Made by a program: the position numbers and the translations under genes. Under the pieces are notes generated by a model that saw only the letters and a list, made by a program, of their open reading frames with translations, searched no databases and was not told where the DNA came from. DNA of 52,105 nt from Chiloscyllium plagiosum (Eukaryota): the NCBI RefSeq assembly GCF_004010195.1, contig NC_057718.1, forward strand, positions 14,729,577 through 14,781,681, read 5' to 3'. Of this stretch, positions 49,345 to 52,105 are shown piece by piece; the stretch's first letter is position 1, and each line of letters begins with the position of its first letter.

Positions 49345-49535
49345 GAAACAAAAAACACAGAAATTGCTGGAAAACCCAGCAGGTCTGGCAGCACCTGTGG
49401 AGACAGGAAGCAGATTTAACATTTTGGGTCCAGCAACTCTACATCAGAATTCTGCTAAACCATCACCAGACCCGAAATGTTAATTCTATTTTCTCTCCAC
49501 AGATGCTGCCAGACCAGCAATATCTGTTTTTCTTT
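49345..49535. mobile_element. Older fold-back PLE family 3 mini-element
   Basis: Minus arm about 49345-49450 and plus arm about 49466-49535 are imperfect reverse complements. Confidence 0.65.
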
Positions 49536-49594
49536 CAGAGAGGACAGCTCTATTGGCTGTTCACATGGCCATTCAATGACAGAAAGCAATCCTG

Positions 49595-50195
49595 TAGCTT
49601 TTTGTTTAAAAGGGGCCTTGCTGGCGAGGCCAGTTTTCATTGCCTGTCCCTAAAAGCCCGAGAACTGAGTAGCTTCCGAGACCATTTAAGAGGGCAGTTA
49701 AGAATGAAGTTGAAGAGCATGGTGCTGGAAAAGCACAATCGGTCAGACCGCATCCGAAGCAGGAGAGTCGACCTTTTAAGCATAAACTCTTAATCAGGAA
49801 AGCTTTTCTCCTGCTTTGGATGCTGCCTGACTTGCTGTGCTTTTCCAGTACCACACTCTTTAACTCTGATCTCCAGCATCTGCAGTCCTCACTTTCTCAC
49901 AGATAAGAATGAACCCCACCACTGTGGGTCTGAAATCACATGTAGGCCAGACCAGGTAAAGGCACCAGATTTCATTCCCTAAACAACATCAGTGAACCAG
50001 ATGGGCTTTTACATTGATTTATGATGGTCTCATGATTACCATTCCTGACAGTAGCTTCACATTCCACATTTTTTAACAAATTTATTAACCGACTGAATTT
50101 AATATCCACTAAATGTCGTGATGGGATTTGAGCCTGTGCCCTCACAGCATTTGTCTGAGCCTCTGAATTATAGTCCAATGACATTACCATGATGT
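49595..50195 (-). mobile_element. tRNA-derived SINE, interrupted
   Basis: CACATGTAGGCCAGACCAGGTAA, AGTGAACCAGATGGG and GGGATTTGAGCC. Confidence 0.7.
49709..49899 (+). mobile_element. Fold-back PLE family 1 mini-element with 14-bp TSD
   Basis: CAG(T/A)TAAGAATGAA at 49695-49708 and 49900-49913. Tail-less inverted left arm and tailed right arm. Confidence 0.8.
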
Positions 50196-50954
50196 CACCC
50201 AAATATGACTTTCCTGAGGGGTCAGGAATGGAGGGACAGGCATCAAAAATACCTGGGTCCTCGTGTGGCTCTATTGCACTGACCAATCATTTTCCAGATA
50301 TAAGATGGGTGGGTTGTCAGAGAGCAGGGCTCTGCCCTGACTTATGGAGGATAGCTACTTAAACTAGTGATGAAGTCACTCAAAGCCAATTTCAATTCGA
50401 CAGCTCAAGATCCCCCCACAGGAAACTTGAGACAGCTCAGCTACTGGGAGGCAGCGAGTTGGGGAGTGGATCGAGTTTGGGGCCCAGGTGTAGACAGGTG
50501 TAATAGCCCTCTCAACCTGACTGAGTGCAGCAGCAGGCTGTCCCTACACCTCATCACTATGAGTGATGGCCCAAACGCAAAGTCCATTTCTAATTTCAGG
50601 GTTGAAAAGACGGTCCAAGAGAAAGTGAGAGGGTACTGCCATCTTGAAGCTTCCCCTCCCTTATTTACCTTCCTCTGATTGGCCCTGCGGCTATGACAGC
50701 CCACCCACTGCCTTTAAACGGATGGCAAGTCTGCGCTTAGGCCATGAATCAGGCTCTCCAGAAAAAAAATCACAGAGTGACCATTTCCACACAGCATTGG
50801 GGGGATGAGGGTGGGATCTGACCCCCATTTGAGTCTGAGGGCGATATTCAGAAGTACACGGGGAAAATTCATCTCCAGGAAACAAGCACTGAGTGAGTCC
50901 TCATTGGTCCACAAAGTTGCTAATTTCTCCAAATCTCATGGCTCATATCCAAAT

Positions 50955-51267
50955 CACGGTGGCTCAGTGGTTAGCACTGCTGCCTCACAGCACCAGAGTC
51001 CCAGGTTCGATTCCAGCCTCGGGCATCTGTCTGTGTGGAGTTTGCACGTTCTCCCTGTGTCTGCGTGGGTTTCCTCCGGGTGCTCCAGTTTCCTCCCACA
51101 GTCCAGAGATGTGCAGGCCAGGTGAATTAGCCGTGCTAAATTGCCCATAGTGTTAGGTGCATTAGTCAGAGGTAAATGGGTCTGGGAGGGTTACTCTTCG
51201 GAGGGTCGATGTGGACCTGTTGGGCTGAAAGGCCTGTTTTCACATTGTAGGGAATCTAATCTAATCT
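50955..51267 (+). mobile_element. HE1-type V-SINE
   Basis: tRNA head, V-domain and AATCTAATCTAATCT tail. Confidence 0.93.
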
Positions 51268-51478
51268 CAAATAGTTAACTCTATAGAGTGTTTTCGTGCT
51301 GTATATCTCTATGGCTGTATGACGCACAACAGTTGCATTCACTGGTACCTTCTTTGATTACTTCCTTGATGAAAAGGTGTAGCCTGACTGAACTGGATTC
51401 TAATGTTCTGAAAAGGAAGTGGTTACAGACGAGCCGCAGTGTTTATTTTGCTCTCTCTCCCTTGGCTTTTATCAGGCA

Positions 51479-51695
51479 TAGAGTCATACAGAGCAGAAAC
51501 AGACCCTTCGGTCCAACTCTTCCATGCTGACCAGATATCCAAATATTATCTAGGCCCATCTGCCAGCATTTAGGCCATACCCTCTAAATGCTTCCTATTC
51601 ATGTACCCACCCAGATGCCTTTTAAATGTTATAATTGTATCCACCTCCACTACCTCCTCTGGCAGTTTGTTCCATACACATACCGCCGTCTGCAT
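51479..51695 (-). mobile_element. CR1 3' end
   Basis: Homologous to 4495-4715 and to the reverse complement of 16995-17215. Confidence 0.85.
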
Positions 51696-51874
51696 GATTG
51701 CATTGGCTGTACTTGGGGTAAATTGTCATGTTGTTGTATTGGATTAATTGCATGTGACTAATGGCACCCCATCGATGGGGGGCTTCTTGTCATAAAGTGT
51801 CCTTTCCAAGATCATGTGCTCAATCATCAAACCGACTTCAAAGCTCTCTGTTGACTGGCTGTGTTTTTTAAATT

Positions 51875-52105
51875 GAGCTGAAAATGTGTTGCTGGAAAAG
51901 CGCAGCAGGGCAGGCAGCATCCAAGGAGCAGGAGAATCGACATTTCGGGCATGAGCCTTTCTTCAGGAATGAGGAGGGTGTGCCAAGCAGGCTAAGATAA
52001 AAGGTAGGGAGGAGGGACTTGGGGGAGGGGCGTTGGAAATGCGATAGGTGGAAGGAGGTTAAGGTGAGGGTGATAGGCCGGAGTGGGGGTGGGGGCGGAG
52101 AGGTC
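51875..52105 (-). mobile_element. PLE family 1 3' region, tail-less arm, running off the window
   Basis: Starts GAGCTGAAAATGTGTTGCTGG. Hammerhead motif on the minus strand at 51939-51966. Confidence 0.85.

Noticed and set aside
167..51530. The many 60-150 aa ORFs in the supplied track
   Set aside because: Most fall within SINE, LINE or PLE remnants or are of chance length, and none resembles a host protein I recognise.

Overview
This is eukaryotic, repeat-dominated DNA, almost certainly from a shark (inference: multiple HE1 V-SINEs, CR1 LINEs and Penelope-like elements; the composition suggests a bamboo or carpet shark). I could not recognise any intact host gene. The window is a mosaic of decayed CR1, Rex1/Babar and L2-like LINEs, several SINE families, Penelope-like elements (PLEs) with GIY-YIG endonuclease remnants, two probable solo LTRs, a MITE, a 2.4-kb array of a 27-bp minisatellite and a 40-bp minisatellite. 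The most notable signal is a dense population of very small (about 110-350 bp) PLE-derived insertions from three sequence families. They carry minimal type I hammerhead ribozyme motifs (CUGANGA-A-stem II-GAAA followed by palindromic ACGU/AGCU), often form fold-back hairpins with a one-sided tail of about 35 nt, have 8-15 bp target-site duplications (TSDs), and repeatedly break inside the ribozyme. A 1.8-kb PLE derivative with near-perfect ~255-bp terminal inverted repeats and a series of minus-strand exon-like segments (possibly a decaying host gene) also merit follow-up. Boundaries of old repeats are approximate and were read by eye.
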